DNA from: Sulfurimonadaceae bacterium | Lineage (GTDB): Bacteria; Campylobacterota; Campylobacteria; Campylobacterales; Sulfurimonadaceae | NCBI GenBank assembly: GCA_041562555.1 | Contig: JBFEXS010000033.1 | Location: 1 to 18,473 of the forward strand | Reading direction: 5' to 3' | DNA length: 18,473 nucleotides | Part shown: positions 17,215 through 18,473 of the stretch, piece after piece | Layout: the number at the start of each line of letters is the position of its first letter | How positions within the stretch are numbered: position 1 is the first letter of the stretch | The notes under the pieces: generated by a model | The model's input: only the letters and a program-made list of their open reading frames with translations | Database searches by the model: none | Told to the model about the DNA's origin: nothing | Translations under genes and position numbers: made by a program

Positions 17215-17271
17215 AGTATATCAGGCCATGAACATTATAAATACAAATTTGTGATTAATTTTTAATCACAA
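17215..17271 (-). promoter_or_regulatory. Porin promoter: extended -10 TGaTATACT (17223-17215) plus palindrome TTGTGATTA-N5-TAATCACAA (17249-17271)
   Basis: Perfect 9-5-9 inverted repeat; TGn extended -10 located 26 nt before the ATG. Confidence 0.65.
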
Positions 17272-17343
17272 TGAAAACCGGCACCATTCACACCTGAGGG
17301 TACCTCTCAAAAGACTAATGATAGTGCTTTAAGAGATATCATA

Positions 17344-17631
17344 CTATCTCTGTTTCATCAGACCCTCTCCCATACGTTCTTCAATATCTGCTTGATGTTT
17401 GGCCATCTCAGCACGAATGATATCCATGACATAGGGTGGGACATTCTCATCCTTATACCAATTGACCGAATCGATATGCCCGCCATAATCACTCCCCAAG
17501 TCTTCTACCTTTTGGGCATACTCATCCATATCCCTGCATATTTCAACACGCATATCAACCATGTCCTTAAGTTCGATGAACCAGGTATCATCGTCTGCCA
17601 TTTTGATGGTAGATGTAAAAACGACACTCAT
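17344..17631 (-). CDS. Small acidic cytoplasmic hypothetical protein, apparently the last gene of the nap operon
   Basis: 95 aa, D/E-rich, no signal peptide or TM; starts 3 nt after the napD stop (TAG-AGG-ATG). Confidence 0.75.
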   Translation of the reverse strand: MSVVFTSTIKMADDDTWFIELKDMVDMRVEICRDMDEYAQKVEDLGSDYGGHIDSVNWYKDENVPPYVMDIIRAEMAKHQADIEERMGEGLMKQR

Positions 17632-17634
17632 CCT

Positions 17635-18018
17635 CTATCCTAACCGCTGCTTATCATCAGCAAAGGCATTTAAATCTTTTTTCTTTAAGTCTCCATTATA
17701 TACTATGTCTTTAGCCTCAATGGAATCATCGTTAAGCATCTTTGGAACAACATCCGCATTATTGAGGACTTCCATATTTGCATCAAGTTCATCTTCACTA
17801 TAGGCCATCTGCATATCTGCAGTGATCACATGGGGAATTGCCTCAATGATACGTAGTTTTGCCAATTCCTCCTTCACACCCTCACCTTCAATGGTTATAA
17901 TCACTCTTCCCTTATCATCATGCATGTGATAATCACAGGCCTCACACATCTTTAGATCGCGAACGACCTGGTCTATATACTTGGGTACGGTTTGAACGAC
18001 TATGCTCGAAATATTCAT
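17635..18018 (-). CDS. napD: NapA signal-peptide chaperone NapD
   Basis: MNISSIVVQT, DKGRVIITIEG and I..IPHVITADMQMAY motifs; AAGGAG RBS before ATG 18018; C-terminal extension; follows napL. Confidence 0.92.
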   Translation of the reverse strand: MNISSIVVQTVPKYIDQVVRDLKMCEACDYHMHDDKGRVIITIEGEGVKEELAKLRIIEAIPHVITADMQMAYSEDELDANMEVLNNADVVPKMLNDDSIEAKDIVYNGDLKKKDLNAFADDKQRLG

Positions 18019-18076
18019 ATGATTCTCCTTATCTTCACTAGATGTCTGGTTTATTATACGCTGTTTATTTTTTATA

Positions 18077-18473
18077 TCACTTGACCTGGAACAAGTTGAT
18101 CTCTCTGGAGTCACTCGCTACCAAGATCTCCTTTTCATTTAAAAAATGTATCTGGGTAATCAACATCTTACTGCCTTCAAGGTCTGCAATACTCTGTCTA
18201 CTTAAAGTATCAAACACCCTGACATGGTTATCTTCATCCGAGGCGTATGCCCCCAATGCCCCGCTTGGAGACAAACCTGCACTATAGACCAAAAAAGGAG
18301 ATGCAATATAATAGGCATCTCCTTCTGGCATTCGATAGACAACAACCCGTCTGTCCTGTCCTGCAGTGATGATCCTATTGTTTTTATAATCGACCTGAAA
18401 CACGTTATCAAGGTTCTGTCCGCTCAAAGTCTTAAGCAAAATTCCCCTCCTGCTGTCATATACCTTCAAATCA
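18077..18473 (-). CDS. napL: WD40/beta-propeller protein NapL, 3' part only
   Basis: WD-like repeats (NLDNVFQVDY, TAGQDRRV, FLVYSAGLSPSG, LVASD); immediately upstream of napD, as in Campylobacterota napAGHB(F)LD operons. Confidence 0.8.
   Translation of the reverse strand, partial: DLKVYDSRRGILLKTLSGQNLDNVFQVDYKNNRIITAGQDRRVVVYRMPEGDAYYIASPFLVYSAGLSPSGALGAYASDEDNHVRVFDTLSRQSIADLEGSKMLITQIHFLNEKEILVASDSREINLFQVK

Noticed and set aside
17207..17223. TTGGCAC as a sigma54 -24 box
   Set aside because: No TTGC at -12, and it faces away from the porin gene
17274..17327. Long imperfect hairpin after the 95-aa gene as the nap terminator
   Set aside because: Heavily interrupted stem with only four displaced U residues; too weak to call
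281..18411. Short alternative ORFs in the track (e.g. 281-478, 8593-9012, 12490-12948, 14243-14674, 15312-15734)
   Set aside because: They are antisense or frame shadows of well-supported genes and show no recognisable motifs
1..18473. Phase-variable homopolymers, CRISPR arrays, tRNA/rRNA, IS elements, frameshifted pseudogenes
   Set aside because: No long G/C tracts, spaced repeats or RNA gene signatures seen; the recognised genes appear intact apart from the two edge truncations

Overview
Chromosomal window from a Campylobacterota bacterium. A Sulfurimonas/Sulfuricurvum-like chemolithotroph is my inference from gene order and content. Almost all genes are on the minus strand. The left 11.4 kb is a housekeeping block whose order matches, from my recollection, the C. 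jejuni Cj0150c-Cj0161c region: aminotransferase, periplasmic protein, RodZ-like protein, rlmB, rsmI, rpmE, rsmE, membrane protein, queD, queE, moaA. It carries three extras: an AT-rich DUF3592-like gene, a chemoreceptor with a His-rich intramembrane sensor, and moeA on the + strand. The right 7 kb is the 3' end of the periplasmic nitrate reductase operon (napL, napD, an unknown acidic 95-aa gene), followed by a putative nitrate/nitrite capture module. That module comprises an outer-membrane beta-barrel, an NrtA/NrtB/NrtD-type ABC transporter, and a stand-alone secreted NIT-domain protein with no output domain. The porin and nrtA promoters share a TGATTA-N5-TAATCA palindrome at the same distance from their -10 boxes, and two intergenic regions of the ABC operon hold arrays of tandem hairpins. 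No rRNA, tRNA, CRISPR, IS element or prophage was seen.
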